NCBI RefSeq assembly: GCF_003918875.1
Contig: NW_025767111.1
Span: 806,001 to 870,000 of the forward strand
Reading direction: 5' to 3'
From: Haliotis rubra
Taxonomy: Eukaryota
DNA: 64,000 nucleotides
Positions within the stretch are counted from its first letter, which is position 1. Each line of letters opens with the position of its first letter. The position numbers and the translations under genes are program-made. Under the pieces are notes generated by a model. That model was given only the letters and a program-made list of their open reading frames with translations. It had not been told where the DNA came from and did not search any database. Positions 23,801 to 34,801 of the stretch are shown piece after piece.

Positions 23801-26800
23801 CGAGCTCTGTCTGCCAGCCATCGGGAGCAAGTATGTCTACATGCTCTAAAAAACGTCTTTAATAAGGGAGCACATTCCCGACAACGTTTGCTCCAGGAAC
23901 ATGAAGATTGGGGATCCGAGGAAGTAAATCTTGTTACAGTGTGCGCAAAATTACGCTACTGAGTCTAGACTGACAAGACGGGATATCCTGATTCACCTGA
24001 AGTGAATGAGACCGACTACGAGAATCACTCTGACGAAAACACACCGTACGGCTAGGTGAACCGGATCAAAATGGCCAACCACCTCGACCAGGCGAGACTG
24101 AACGACTACGGGAATCAAAACGCTGATGGTGTGTCGAACTGAAACCTATGTTGAGGTGAACTGAGTCGGGAATGTGAACCCGTTCGTCCTGGTGAACCCC
24201 TTCGAGTACGTGAATCAGTTCGGTCAGGTGAACCCATTTCATTACGTGAATCAGTTCGGTCAGGTGAACCCATTCGAAGATGTACTGGTGAGCCGGTTCG
24301 GCCTGGTGAGCCGGTTCGGCTGTGTGAGCCGGCTCGGCTGTGTGAGCCGGCTCGGCCATGTGAGCCGGTTCGGCAGGGTGAGCCGGTTCGGCGGGATGAG
24401 CAGGCTCGGGAAAGTGAACGAGACCTAGAACAACTCCTCCCAGCCGTGGAAATAGGAGAGCGGGTACGTTCCAACCGCGCCGATCCCCGCTTCAACGATG
24501 AATGCTTAGAAGTTCTCGAAGTCTGTGATCGTTCCGAAGAAGCAGACCTACGAGATAATGTAGATCGCAGGTCTGGCGTAGAAGAAATATCGGTCATTAC
24601 CACCCTGGTACGCTCATGAGAACTTAAACTGGGTGAGGGAAGCTCCCCTAAAAGCCTTCTAACGTTCTCAGATAAATAGGAATCCGACGAAGCGTCCATA
24701 AAATCTTCGTCAGGAGAGACGGGCGATTGAGAACGGTGAGCAGTGAGGGTGGGGCGATCTAAGCATTGTTTCTTAGCGGGAGATGGACCAGACCCCGCAG
24801 AATTAGTCCTAGCCCTATCTGCCAAACGTCTGGCACAAGCACGTTTGTAAAATTTACACGCCTCATTAGACAGACCTGAACACTTCGGACAGCGTGTGTC
24901 CCAGTCACAAACACCCACATAATCAACACACGATGTGTGTGGGTCCCATGCTGAAATTACTTTATTACAACGGGCAAAACATCCGTTTACTGGCCTGAAC
25001 AGGCTTAACCATTTTGAGCAAATCTCAGACGAAGATGGAGCGACAAGAAAGAGAAATGAGTATGTGAGGTGATCACGTGGGTGAGGACTGCGCATGCCTT
25101 GTGCTGTCATGGACTAGTGAGCACGACTGACACAGGAAGGCACGCACAGCACGGGAGAGGGGCAAGGTAGGCCTTGGAGCAAAGTTTTAATTCGTTTCCA
25201 CTCATGGTCGAAAGAAGAGAGAGAGGTGCAAGTCGTGAGATAGGATAAGTTTAGAAATTTATAAGTCTGCTGTAACAAAACACTGACATCATTGCCTAAA
25301 GCATGATAAATAAAGGAAGTGAAAAGACTTGCATGAGTTTACTTGACCACAAGTTTAAATTTGATTTAAGGCCTGAGATATGCTCCAGTACATTCCTCCT
25401 GTTCCTATGTGCAGCCGTGGAGCCAGTCTGAGGCTGTAGGTACTTCACCCCCACAACACCAGACTTGGTGGCACCTGCATTGCCTCAGTCTTCCTCCAAC
25501 AGTAAATTGACATGCCAGGGCATGAATGACATACTGCTCAATGCAGCATAAACACAAATCACTAACTGTGTATGTAGAGACTTACAGCTCTTTCAAGGAC
25601 TTATCAATGTTTCAAATATGAAGTGAGATGTAAATCATGTTTTGTACTACCAGTCCTACAATTCACACTCACTCAGACTGTATGTACAAGTGGATGATAC
25701 AAACCGTGGTGACAATAATCAGTTCCCCACGGAATTAGTTCCACCCAGAACAAATATTACCAGTGTATATATGCACCACAGAAAAATGTGCCTAATAATA
25801 GTTCTTTCGAGGGCGTCATTCCCCAAGAGAATAATGTATATGATGTATATTCGTTACCTTTTACTTCCTTGTTTTCCACTGACAGCAAACACGCAGCATC
25901 ACCGTTGATGACATCGAGGAAGAAGTCCGGAGGGTTGTTGTGTTCCTCACAGATGTAACCTGGCAACAGACAAACATTGAAGGCACACTGATCACTTTAT
26001 TATTTAGTAATATTGGTAGATATGCAGCTACAACTAACCACTGAAACAGCAACAATACTACACTGTCAGGGAACAGACATGAAAACACAGAGTCTTGGCA
26101 GGTATTGAAATAAAACCAAAATAGGTGTTGTCATGGTTACAGTGAATGGAACACTTGGTGTTGTCATTGTTATAATGAATGTAACACTATCTGTAGTAAT
26201 TTGTCTGCATGTCGTCAACTAGGACAAATGGAAACCTACCCATTTCCCGGAAGAACTGCAGAGATTCACTGGCAGCGCCGTGGTAAACAGTCTGTCCCTG
26301 TGACAGCATCATGAGGCGATCAAACTGCTTGAAGATAGAGTACCTTGGCTGGTGGATTGAGAAGATAATCGTACGTCCTCTCTGTGATAAACTGAAAAAC
26401 CAAAAGTTATAACCTTCTCATTTGTCATATTTGATACCATTTCTAATTAACTTTAAAATGAAATTCAATTCTGCACAAAACAGTAATAAACTCCTTCTAC
26501 AGAGTATTACAAACTCTGACAGATCTAACTTCAGTCACCAGGATTTCCTTTAAATGTCCCTGACAGTTTGCTGACATGTTGGAACAGAGGCTTGAGGTTT
26601 AGAGACATGGAGGAATGGTTATCAATCCCTCTTTGTGAGTTACTCTTCTTGTGTCTGTGATGGGAAGTACCTTCTAAGCATGTGAATGACTGCATTAGCC
26701 GTGCTGGCATCCAGGCCTGTGGTTGGTTCATCCAGGAACAGCACGGGAGGGGAGATAATCAGCTCCATACCGATGTTTGTCCGACGTCTTTCACCCCCTG

Positions 26801-29800
26801 ATACACCTCGCATGAATTCATTACCGACCTGAAAACCATAATTTGTACATTCAACAATGCAGGCAGACCTCAGAGCAAAAGCTTCCAAACTTCAATAACA
26901 AAAATCAATAATATACTGATATAAAAAGAATTCTCCCCATGTCCTATTAGGACGGACTGTTTCATTTATCTCCTGGATGATAGATCCCTGTATATTACAT
27001 AAATCTCAAGAAGATGGGTCCTGTTGACAAAACAGCCATCATAATCAAAACTTATCATAGATTCATGCCCATGACTAGCGGACACTGTTTACAGCGAAGG
27101 GAGGCAAATCTATGTCTGACCTTGGTGTTGGCGCAGGATGACAGGCCAAGTTCCTGGATGACGTTGTCTATCCTGTCATTCCTCTCCTTCACTGACACGG
27201 ATCGGGAGAGACGCAGTGCAGTGGAGAACTGCAGGTTCTCCCTCACTGTCAGGGTTCCCATCACCACATCATCCTGCAGATACAACACGACTAATTGTAC
27301 AGATACACAAATACAGACAATGTCTCATCACATTTACTCACACTGACCCTGTGTCAACGACAGCCATCAAGTATAACCTTTTTCAGAAAGACTTGAGTCA
27401 GTACTATTCTAACATTGCCTCCAGAAAATACATTTTGTCATATTTGAACTTGCTATATACAATGACCATCCAAACATATATCTCTCAATAAACTTTTAAT
27501 TTCTAGCTTGCATTTCAAATATTTTTTAGGAAAAATGTTCTGACGAGTGACATACGCACAATGTGGGATACCACAATACGATTTTCATATGTTACACATT
27601 GCAATATTCTTTTTGAGAACTAGTATACTGATTAATAAAATATAAGTTCTGTGAATACCACAATGTTTTAAGTTAAAATCTTTCATTCTCAATTGATTTC
27701 CCCCTTTGTAATCAATTGACAAGATGGTATACTTCACATACTCTAAATTGTATAAAAATGAAAATAGAATCCCTAAATATCCAACTTAATTTTGAGATTG
27801 GTGTTATCAGAACCATATCAGGTTTTCAGGTACGCAGAGAATACAATCTGCAAAACAATAGGTAATTGCATGTACAATCTGTGTCACTCACTGTCAAACT
27901 CTTTAGCTCCTAATATATTGCAATATGTATAAAAGAGACTGGCAAAATAACACTAAGGGAAAAGAATTACTATTCCCAACAGAAGTCAAGATATCCCTCA
28001 ATCAACTCAAAGACCAATCAATCATAAACTCTAGATAGATCCATAATTATCTCCAAATATTCAGTAAATGATATGAGTTATCGTCCCATCTGTCCTACAT
28101 GTTACACTTTCCCCCACCCTAAGTCAGCAACTGATACAAGAGAACATCAAGTGCTTTGACATACATGTATGTCATTAAGTTGGGCCATGATGGAAGCCAG
28201 TCTTAATGGAGCTTCTCTCATAAACCAATCGCATCTTGATTTAGCTTGCACATGTAAGAAAATGTTGATTACAAAACCATGTAAAATAACCTGATAACAA
28301 AAATACAGCTCATATTAACAGCTGCTACCCACAATCCAATCCCACAGGGACTATAAATATTCCCTGCAGCAACTCCCATTAAGTACGTAGGGTAAGATAA
28401 TAAGTTGCTGTTACGCCTGCTCCAGGTCGTGTTACAGTAGGTGACTAGTTCAAGATCCCACACCACGGTCAGCTCGGTCAGTAGGGCAAGTTGGACCACA
28501 AGCAGCAGGGCACAAGGGCAGTGGGCAGCAAATTACTCACAACATTAAGCTATCACCATGATGATGATGATGATTTGTCTCACCTGTACAACATATCCCA
28601 CCATGCACTTGAAGTTGGAAGGTGGCAGAGCGCCATCTATCAGTACTTCACCAGACAGGCCCTGTGGATCTTTCCTCCCAGCCAGGATGTCCAGCAACCT
28701 TGAGATGGGACATCATATCATACTGTATTCATTATTGTGGGCATTTCATCATATAAGAATACTGAGTAGATGTTGTTTCATGCAATAGTCAGTAATTTTA
28801 CAGCTATCGTGTTAGCCTGTATTCTGAGTATGGGTCACACAAAACAATATTGGATAGCATATGGAACATTGAACAAAGTCACTCCACACACCAGGTACAA
28901 CAATTGTTGGCATCCAATTACAACGGAGGTTGTTTCTTTAGTTGTGTTTCTACAAGCATGAGGTGCTAGATATGTTTTTTCCCATAACATTATTTTTTGG
29001 TAAAATTATTGATTGTTTGTATTAACATTGACCATAAGACACTGAAACTGACTTACGATGTCTTCCCACTTCCGGTTGGGCCCAGGATGGCGTTCATGCC
29101 AGGCTTGAAAACACCACTGAAAACAGTACAGTCATGGTATCTAATCATGTGTGAAATACAGTTAATCTGCCAAACTGGCATTTCATTAAGTTTGTAATTA
29201 CAAATTCACAAAACAAGAGGTGACTGCACAGTTTGGTAGAAACTTCTCACACATTCTAAGCTAAGTAAAATATCCTGAAATTTGAATTCAAGAAGTCCAT
29301 TTTGACATTGCACCCTCATAAAGATGGCCTCAAGTGTCAAACCTGTCACTCATATGATACATTGTATTTGTTTTATGAGTATGATACTGGATAATAATAT
29401 AAAATATTCTTCTAGTGCCTTTTGATATTGGAAACTTTCCTATACATCCTCCTATGCATAAAGAAGAGGTTATTTACAGCCTAGAAAGATAATGATGTAT
29501 AGTAGTCACTTTGTTGGGAAACAGGGAGTGTATATAAGTTCAACATAATTGAGTGGGTGAGTGAGTTTAGTTTTATGCTGTACTCAGCAATATTCCAGCT
29601 ATATGGCGGCAGTCTGTAAATAATTGAGTCTGGACCAGACAATCCAGTGATCAACAGCATGAGCATCGATCTGTGTAATTGGGATACGATGACATGTGTC
29701 AACCAAGTCAGCGAGCCTAACCACCCGATCCCGTTAGTCACTTTACGACAAGCATGGCTTACTGAAGATCAATTCTAACTTGGATCTTCATAAGATCAAC

Positions 29801-32800
29801 ATAATTGCTTTAGCAGCGATTCTATATAGGTTCAACATAGTCCCTGTGACAGGGATTTTATATAGGTTCAACATAGTCCCTGTCACAGGGATTATATATA
29901 GGTTCAACATAGTCCCTGTCACAGGGATTTTATATAGGTTCAACATAGTTTCTGTCACAGGGATTTTATATAGGTTCAACATAGTCCCTGTCACAGAGAT
30001 TTTATATAGGTTCAACATAGTTTCTGTCACAGAGATTTTATATAGGTTCAACATAGTCCCTGTGCCAGGGATTTTATATAGGTTCAACATAGTTTCCGTC
30101 ACAGGGATTTTATATAGGTTTAATATATTCCTTGTCACTGGGATTTTATATAAATTCACAAATTCGTTGGATAAAGGAATATATAAATATTCTTTGATAG
30201 AGTAGTCAATACGAAACCAATAAGTACATTACTATAATGGCCAGCAGCCCAGTCATGTAGGGGTCAGCTGCCTGTCAATAAAGTCACCGACAGCCTACTG
30301 AAGCATGGCATTGAGGATGAGGTGTGGGCTACTGACTAGACAGGTATCATGGCAGTCGACACTAACACCCATTAGGATTACACGTAGGCAGCAGCTACAC
30401 TGGATGGCTGACTCACAGCTCTGAGATGACGCATCAACATCATAATTATGTCCAAAGATGGAAGGGTTTGAAGAGCAAGTAACAGATGCCATGATATGAC
30501 TGAAAGTGCAAATGTGACTGTACCATGGCCGCCACACAGTCCACCATGGGCCACACAGTCCACCATGGGCCACGCAGTCCACCATGGGCCACGCAGTCCA
30601 CCATGGGCCACGCAGTCCACCATGGGCCACACAGTCCACCATGGGCCACACAGTCCACCATGGGCCACACAGTCCACCATGGGCCACACAGTCCACCATG
30701 GGCCACACAGCTCACTATGGGCCACACAGTCCACCATGGGCCACACAGTCCACCATGGGCCACACAGTCCACCTATGGGCCACACAGTCCACCATGGGCC
30801 ACACAGTCCACCACCATGGGCACCATGGGCCACACAGTCCACCATGGGCCACACAGTCCACCATGGGCCACACAGTCCACCATGGGCCACACAGTCCCAC
30901 ACAGTCCACCATGGGCCACACAGTCCACCATGGGCCACACACAGTCCACCATGGGCACACACACCATGGGCCAGTCCATGGGCCACACAGTCCACCATGG
31001 GCCACACAGTCCACCATGGGCCACACAGTCCACCATGGGCCACACAGTCCACCATGGGCCACACAGTCCACCATGGGCCACACAGTCCACCATGGGCCAC
31101 ACAGCTCACTATGGGCCACACAGTCCACCATGGGCCACACTGTCCACCATGGGCCACACAGTCCACTATGGGCCACACAGTCCACCATGGGCCACACAGT
31201 CCACCATGGGCCACACTGTCCACCATGGGCCACACAGTCCACCATGGGCCACACAGTCCACCATGGGCCACACAGCTCACCATGGGCCACACAGTCCACC
31301 ATGGGCCACACAGTCCACCATGGGCCACACAGTCCACAAGGTCACGGCCATCAGACATTCATGTTACACTGGCAATGTTCTTCTGTTGAAGTAATGCTGC
31401 AAATAATCTCAAAGCAGGCACTAAGAGAGTTATTGTTGGAGCAGATGATATGACTGCCAAAGCCATAATGACAAAGGTTCATCTAAATACCCTCTGTAAT
31501 ATTCCATCTCTGGTATTTGTTCTGGTTCAACTTCAAGGCCAATCATAACTTTTCACTGAGAGCGGAGTATGTGCCTGTGGTAAAATATGTGATAGCAGCC
31601 TTGATATCTTCACTGTAGGAATGTGGTGGACTTAAGTCAGTCATATGGTCTTTTAAATAGGTTAAATGTAGGGTTATTCTCTAGAGTTATGCACTTAAAT
31701 GGCACATGTCTGATCAGAGAGGGTGTTGGACAAACTCCAGAGCATTGTATGAGGCTTAGTGGAAGTAATCAACAAGAGCTACATATAAGGAGCAATATGA
31801 AGTTTGTGATGGACTTTTGTAATAGATTGTGTACTGCCCTGGAACCTTTGATACTAAAAGAATACTTCATATAGCTTATTTAGTTGATGTCTCAGGTCTA
31901 AAAAATGAGACAGTACTTGAACTACTTGTTTTCTGCCTGTGTAAAGCCTATAGATAGCAGGACCCCATACGTCACAGTATTAACATGTCAGGTAGGATTG
32001 ATGTAACCATGTTGGATGACTTGTCTTCTTGGGTTTTAAGGCTTGCTTTAACTTGGGAATGTTCTAGGTACTGGTTGCTTCGATACAGAAACACACATTA
32101 CTGTATAAGATTTATCACAGCAGGACAGCTACATAACTGTGTCTCTCTACTGGTCGAAGACCTTCCAGTTTTAGGAAACTTGCTCACTATTTGTTAACCA
32201 TGTTTGATAAGGCACCTCTGATTTGTTACGTTGTCACGATTTAGGTTAAGTGGACCACTTATTATAGCTTTTATGTTGTGGAGTTATACTGAGCCAACTT
32301 TATAACTTTTACTTTCGGAATGAAAGTCAGCAAGCATTTGTGTTTCACAGCGAATTTGACAGAAGCAATTTAGGTAGAGGTGTGTGTGTGTGTGTGTGAC
32401 TAGAGCATAGAGTGTGTGACAATGTGTGCCAACAGAGCAGAGGTGGCACTGTAGATCATGAAGTAACCTCTTGTTTACTTTGTGGGGTATATTTAGGATC
32501 TGTTAATGAATTAGGCAAACTCCACGAGCAGTTTGAGCATAGCTCATCATTTCTGGCTTGTGTACACACAGGTACAATCACGATTGATCATTTTCATGAA
32601 TTAAAGCGATTGACAGCTTATCAACTATTCAACCCATCGATCGTTCATGATCATGATGTGATTACAACTGGTACCAATCTGTCCATTTACTTCCTATATG
32701 ATTAACTAACAATTACAAACATCAAAACCTTCCAAACCTAAGTTACATCAAATGTCAACTCGTCCTGAATGAAACGGTCGACATGTTTATTTGTGGTTCA

Positions 32801-33199
32801 CAGCGAAGTTGACAAAGGCAAAGGCTCGGGTCACTCGAGCGGAAAGCGCGTGACAGATGCGCGCCCTCGGAACAAAGAGGACACTTACTGTACATCATGA
32901 AGTATCTTCTTTTTCACACTGCGCCCACAACATGGCTTGTTTTTTACTGCTATCTCATAACAGATCTTGTGGGCTGACAACACGGATCCAGACTGCTTAT
33001 CGCTCCCTCCCTCCAAGTCAATTTCCACCGCATCGCCATCGTATTTTGTTATTCCATTTGGTTGTGCTTTCACCAAAAGCTTTTCCTGAAATAGTGATTC
33101 AGATTAGAAGACGTCATGTATCACAATGAAAAACAGTGCGTAACTTAATTCATTTAGTTTCCTGCTTGAAATGTTTACCATGTTATTTTCTGGCTCCAT
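11711..33199 (-). CDS. ABCG2: ABCG2-like (BCRP/white family) ABC half-transporter, gene A; spliced, ~650-654 aa
   Basis: Seventeen GT-AG bounded exons sum to 1944 nt in frame including the stop. Motifs: Walker [11 protein letters not shown]-loop GYVVQDD, signature VSGGERRR, Walker [13 protein letters not shown]-loop SIHQP, and a C-terminal TMD ([14 protein letters not shown]). Many exon sizes (60,115,153,158,152,102,90,125,155,90) equal human ABCG2 exon sizes as I recall them. Confidence 0.95.
11964..12037 (-). CDS. ABCG2: ABCG2-like A exon (ECL3)
   Basis: 74 nt; [24 protein letters not shown](C); cag/gtaag. Confidence 0.92.
12391..12480 (-). CDS. ABCG2: ABCG2-like A exon
   Basis: 90 nt; [30 protein letters not shown]. 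Confidence 0.94.
12597..12782 (+). mobile_element. tRNA-derived SINE (family A)
   Basis: A-box-like TAGCCTAGTGG and B-box GGTTCGATTCC, then a body ending AGCGTAAAACTAAACTC with a (CAGT)n tail. Confidence 0.88.
12783..12892 (-). mobile_element. Truncated family A SINE, tail-to-tail with the previous copy
   Basis: (GAGT)n followed by CAATATTCCAGCAAAGTCAC...GGGACACCAGAAAT, the reverse complement of the family A 3' body. Confidence 0.7.
12995..13149 (-). CDS. ABCG2: ABCG2-like A exon
   Basis: 155 nt; [52 protein letters not shown]. Confidence 0.94.
13714..13838 (-). CDS. ABCG2: ABCG2-like A exon
   Basis: 125 nt; [41 protein letters not shown]. Confidence 0.95.
13945..14226 (-). mobile_element. 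SINE-like element (family B), near full length, with TSD
   Basis: Head GACCCGTGAAGATCCGGGG...CTTGTCGTAAGAGGCGACTAA and an (ACTC)n tail; 9-bp TSD CTTAAAGTT at 13936-13944 and 14227-14235; several other copies in the window. Confidence 0.88.
14270..14359 (-). CDS. ABCG2: ABCG2-like A exon
   Basis: 90 nt; [29 protein letters not shown]. Confidence 0.94.
14508..14593 (-). CDS. ABCG2: ABCG2-like A exon
   Basis: 86 nt; [29 protein letters not shown]. Confidence 0.93.
14686..16998. repeat. 41-bp intronic minisatellite, ~55 copies
   Basis: Unit CACCAGCTTCAGTGTACAGCTGAAGTGAGCATGTTCAGGAA, with an internal CTTCAG/CTGAAG inverted repeat. Confidence 0.97.
17623..17688 (-). CDS. ABCG2: ABCG2-like A exon
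   Basis: 66 nt; [22 protein letters not shown]; tttcag/gtgag. Confidence 0.92.
17809..18251. mobile_element. MITE with ~26-bp imperfect TIRs and 9-bp TSD
   Basis: CATTCGTAACTACTCGCGTCATTCCG versus CGGAAAGAGGCGAGTAGTTAAGAATG; flanks GATATGAAT (17800-17808) and GATATGAAA (18252-18260). Confidence 0.75.
18288..18396 (-). CDS. ABCG2: ABCG2-like A exon (linker)
   Basis: 109 nt; [36 protein letters not shown] (family YxTSF motif); phases fit neighbouring exons. Confidence 0.88.
18743..18803 (-). CDS. ABCG2: ABCG2-like A exon (linker)
   Basis: 61 nt; [21 protein letters not shown]; phases 1 and 2 are exactly those needed to keep frame. Confidence 0.82.
19146..19230. repeat. DIRS internal complementary region (ICR)
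   Basis: TCGTGAGATAGGATAAGTATATGAATATACAATTTATAGTTAAAATTTTC is the reverse complement of the left end; it is directly followed by AAATTTTTAAACTTATCCTATCTCACGACTTGCAC, the reverse complement of the right end. Confidence 0.9.
20010..20300 (-). pseudogene. DIRS tyrosine recombinase, C-terminal remnant
   Basis: RKRLFVPLS...[10 protein letters not shown]...[10 protein letters not shown], then a frameshift to ...[17 protein letters not shown] (HxxR and catalytic Tyr region). Confidence 0.85.
20780..22050 (-). pseudogene. DIRS RT/RNase H remnant
   Basis: Frameshifted RT motifs ([20 protein letters not shown] in place of [14 protein letters not shown]) and RNase H-like HHNELE; interrupted by a SINE. 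Confidence 0.8.
21620..21772 (-). mobile_element. 5'-truncated family A SINE nested in the DIRS RT
   Basis: (ACTG)n tail and family A body with B-box; 12-bp TSD CACAGGTCGAGG (21608-21619) / CATAGGTCGAGG (21773-21784). Confidence 0.88.
23020..24990 (-). pseudogene. DIRS Gag-like ORF1 remnant with Ser/Pro/Arg repeats
   Basis: ORF 24115..25110 has a Cys/His finger followed by an RS-rich tract; 18/36-bp repeats at ~24170-24410 and ~23270-23610. Confidence 0.75.
25858..25959 (-). CDS. ABCG2: ABCG2-like A exon
   Basis: 102 nt; [34 protein letters not shown] (NPxDF motif). Confidence 0.93.
26240..26391 (-). CDS. ABCG2: ABCG2-like A exon (H-loop)
   Basis: 152 nt; [50 protein letters not shown]. 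Confidence 0.95.
26671..26828 (-). CDS. ABCG2: ABCG2-like A exon (signature, Walker B)
   Basis: 158 nt; [52 protein letters not shown]. Confidence 0.96.
27121..27273 (-). CDS. ABCG2: ABCG2-like A exon
   Basis: 153 nt; [51 protein letters not shown]. Confidence 0.96.
28584..28698 (-). CDS. ABCG2: ABCG2-like A exon (Q-loop)
   Basis: 115 nt; [38 protein letters not shown]; acceptor is AAG. Confidence 0.94.
29057..29116 (-). CDS. ABCG2: ABCG2-like A exon (Walker A)
   Basis: 60 nt; [20 protein letters not shown]. Confidence 0.95.
29551..29790 (-). mobile_element. SINE-like family B copy
   Basis: Closely similar to 13945-14226 (CAGCAATATTCCAGC...GGACCAGACAATCCAGTGATCAACAGCATGAGCATCGATCT). Confidence 0.85.
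29818..30150. repeat. 36-bp minisatellite, ~9 copies
   Basis: Unit ATTTTATATAGGTTCAACATAGTCCCTGTCACAGGG. Confidence 0.95.
30523..31338. repeat. 19-bp minisatellite, ~43 copies
   Basis: Unit GGGCCACACAGTCCACCAT. Confidence 0.97.
32889..33085 (-). CDS. ABCG2: ABCG2-like A, first shared coding exon
   Basis: 197 nt with a phase-0 acceptor (tttcag) and no in-frame ATG; [11 protein letters not shown]...[32 protein letters not shown](H). Confidence 0.9.
33179..33199 (-). CDS. ABCG2: Candidate proximal first coding exon (MEPENNM)
   Basis: aatATGG Kozak context, 7 codons, donor GTAAAC, phase 0, 93-nt intron to 33085. Confidence 0.55.
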
Positions 33200-34617
33200 A
33201 TTTCTCTTGTGGGACGTGTACATTATTTCGTAGGTGAGGCAGCCTGTTGCGCGATGCAAGTAAACGATCAGTTCAGCCTCTTTGTAAGTGCTTGGCTCGC
33301 GAATGGTATTGATTTTCAATTGAGAATGATCGAACCATCGTTTTCAAATAAAATGTTTCATATCATAGTATTCACATGAGTAGGTATCATCACACTTGTA
33401 GTTGTTTTCCGCTTTCTATTTCCTATTAGCACAGTGGGTTCTTCAATAGAAATTCCTGTTTCAGAAACAACGGGAAGTCCCACGTGACTTCTGGGCCACG
33501 TGAATAAATGTCAACAATGGACTCTCCATGCTTGTAAGGTTGTAACATTGTTTGATTGCTCTAACAATCTTCAGTTTTTGGCATGGAAACGGAAGGTATT
33601 GGCATAATGAAATGTATATGCACACAAGAATTACTTGTCAAAGGCCAGTAGGTCGACGGCATCACTTTGTTTGGTGCTAATACTAGCGCTAGAGACGCCA
33701 GAAGTAAATTACATGTGTACGTGGTTGGTAACGTTACTCATTATCATCGCATGGATGGATCGGTCGGTCGATGCTCCTGAAGTCTACCAACGTGTTATCT
33801 TGACCAGATCGCTGTATCGTAGCGGGAATATTTGATATTGCCGAGTGTGGTGTTACAAACATTACACAAATCGCAGGAAATTGTAGTATAGTGCAGGAGA
33901 AATACTAGATTTGCTCACAACTAGATCTACTTGGAGAGTCATATATTCACTCACACCTTATAGTCGGTTATTACGCATTTATAGGTACCTATTTATGTAA
34001 CCTAATCCAAACTAGTGAAGTTTGTTTAGTGTTTAACCCCTAGATGCCAGAGGGACATATATATCCTTCCTCTTCAACCTTCAGCAGTTTTGAATTCCGC
34101 GGGAAATTTCCCACTTCTTAATACTATCCACTTTCATCTTAGGCAAAGCATAAAATGATCTTTTAAAATTGGGTGCATTGTAAATGTCGCCTTTTTTGAC
34201 ACATGACGAAATAGGTTATAAGGGTATGGTGTATGTATGTACAAATCGGATTAATTACTTGGAGTAGATAAACTGAATTTCAAAAACAGCATATTTATGA
34301 TCACTGATATCCATTTTTTCATCAAAACCCCAATGGTTATTCTGAAACATCGCCGATAAACCTATTTTCGGGTGGGGTATTTTGGAAAATACACAATCAT
34401 TGATTCACGAACGCTGAAGTGAACATTCCGCCATATTGGACAGTGTTTACATAATAACGTTTCGCGAAGGCTGGTCATGAGACGCAATTGACGTATATCA
34501 CGTATATTTGACACTCCGCTGAAACAAATATGTCACTTAATTCTTCATTCATTTAGAGTCAAAAACCAAAACCAAGTGTCTCGATGAAATCAAACGAAAC
34601 ATATTGGGTGTGAAAAC

Positions 34618-34801
34618 CACTGGGGCTTGTAACGCAAAAATCTGGCATCAAGGTGTATACTGTCACTAACGGGGTCTACCACTACATACCTTTATATAGT
34701 GTTAAGACGGGGACCTTTACATAGTTTTAGGACCCCGTCAGTGACAGTATATATATATATATATACGTTGATGCCAAATGTTTGCCTTACAAGCCCCTGT
34801 G
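34618..34801. mobile_element. Hairpin MITE (hAT-like, 8-bp TSD)
   Basis: CACTGGGGCTTGTAACGCAAAAATCTGGCATCAA...TTGATGCCAAATGTTTGCCTTACAAGCCCCTGTG; TSD GTGAAAAC/ATGAAAAC. Confidence 0.8.

Larger units (their letters stand above)
18839..25260 (-). mobile_element. DIRS1-type tyrosine-recombinase retrotransposon, degenerate, intronic
   Basis: ~200-bp inverted terminal repeats (18872-19070 / 25051-25250). An ICR at ~19146-19230 matches both outer ends. Decayed Gag (zinc-finger-like N-terminus [14 protein letters not shown]...CPKC), RT (DAYLHI...NIDD...LLTQLGW), RNase H and YR ([10 protein letters not shown]...FSSHYLRDV). Confidence 0.93.

Noticed and set aside
30295-31453. Overlapping His/Pro/Trp-rich ORFs in all six frames
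   Set aside because: The 19-bp unit has no stop codons; the array is intronic and the ORFs are artefacts
31340-32250. Possible decayed coding sequence (Cys-rich, env-like) on the minus strand
   Set aside because: Multiple stops and no motif I can identify with confidence; needs TBLASTX or HMM search
34033-34070. piggyBac-like left end (TTAACCCC...)
   Set aside because: No matching right TIR or TTAA found
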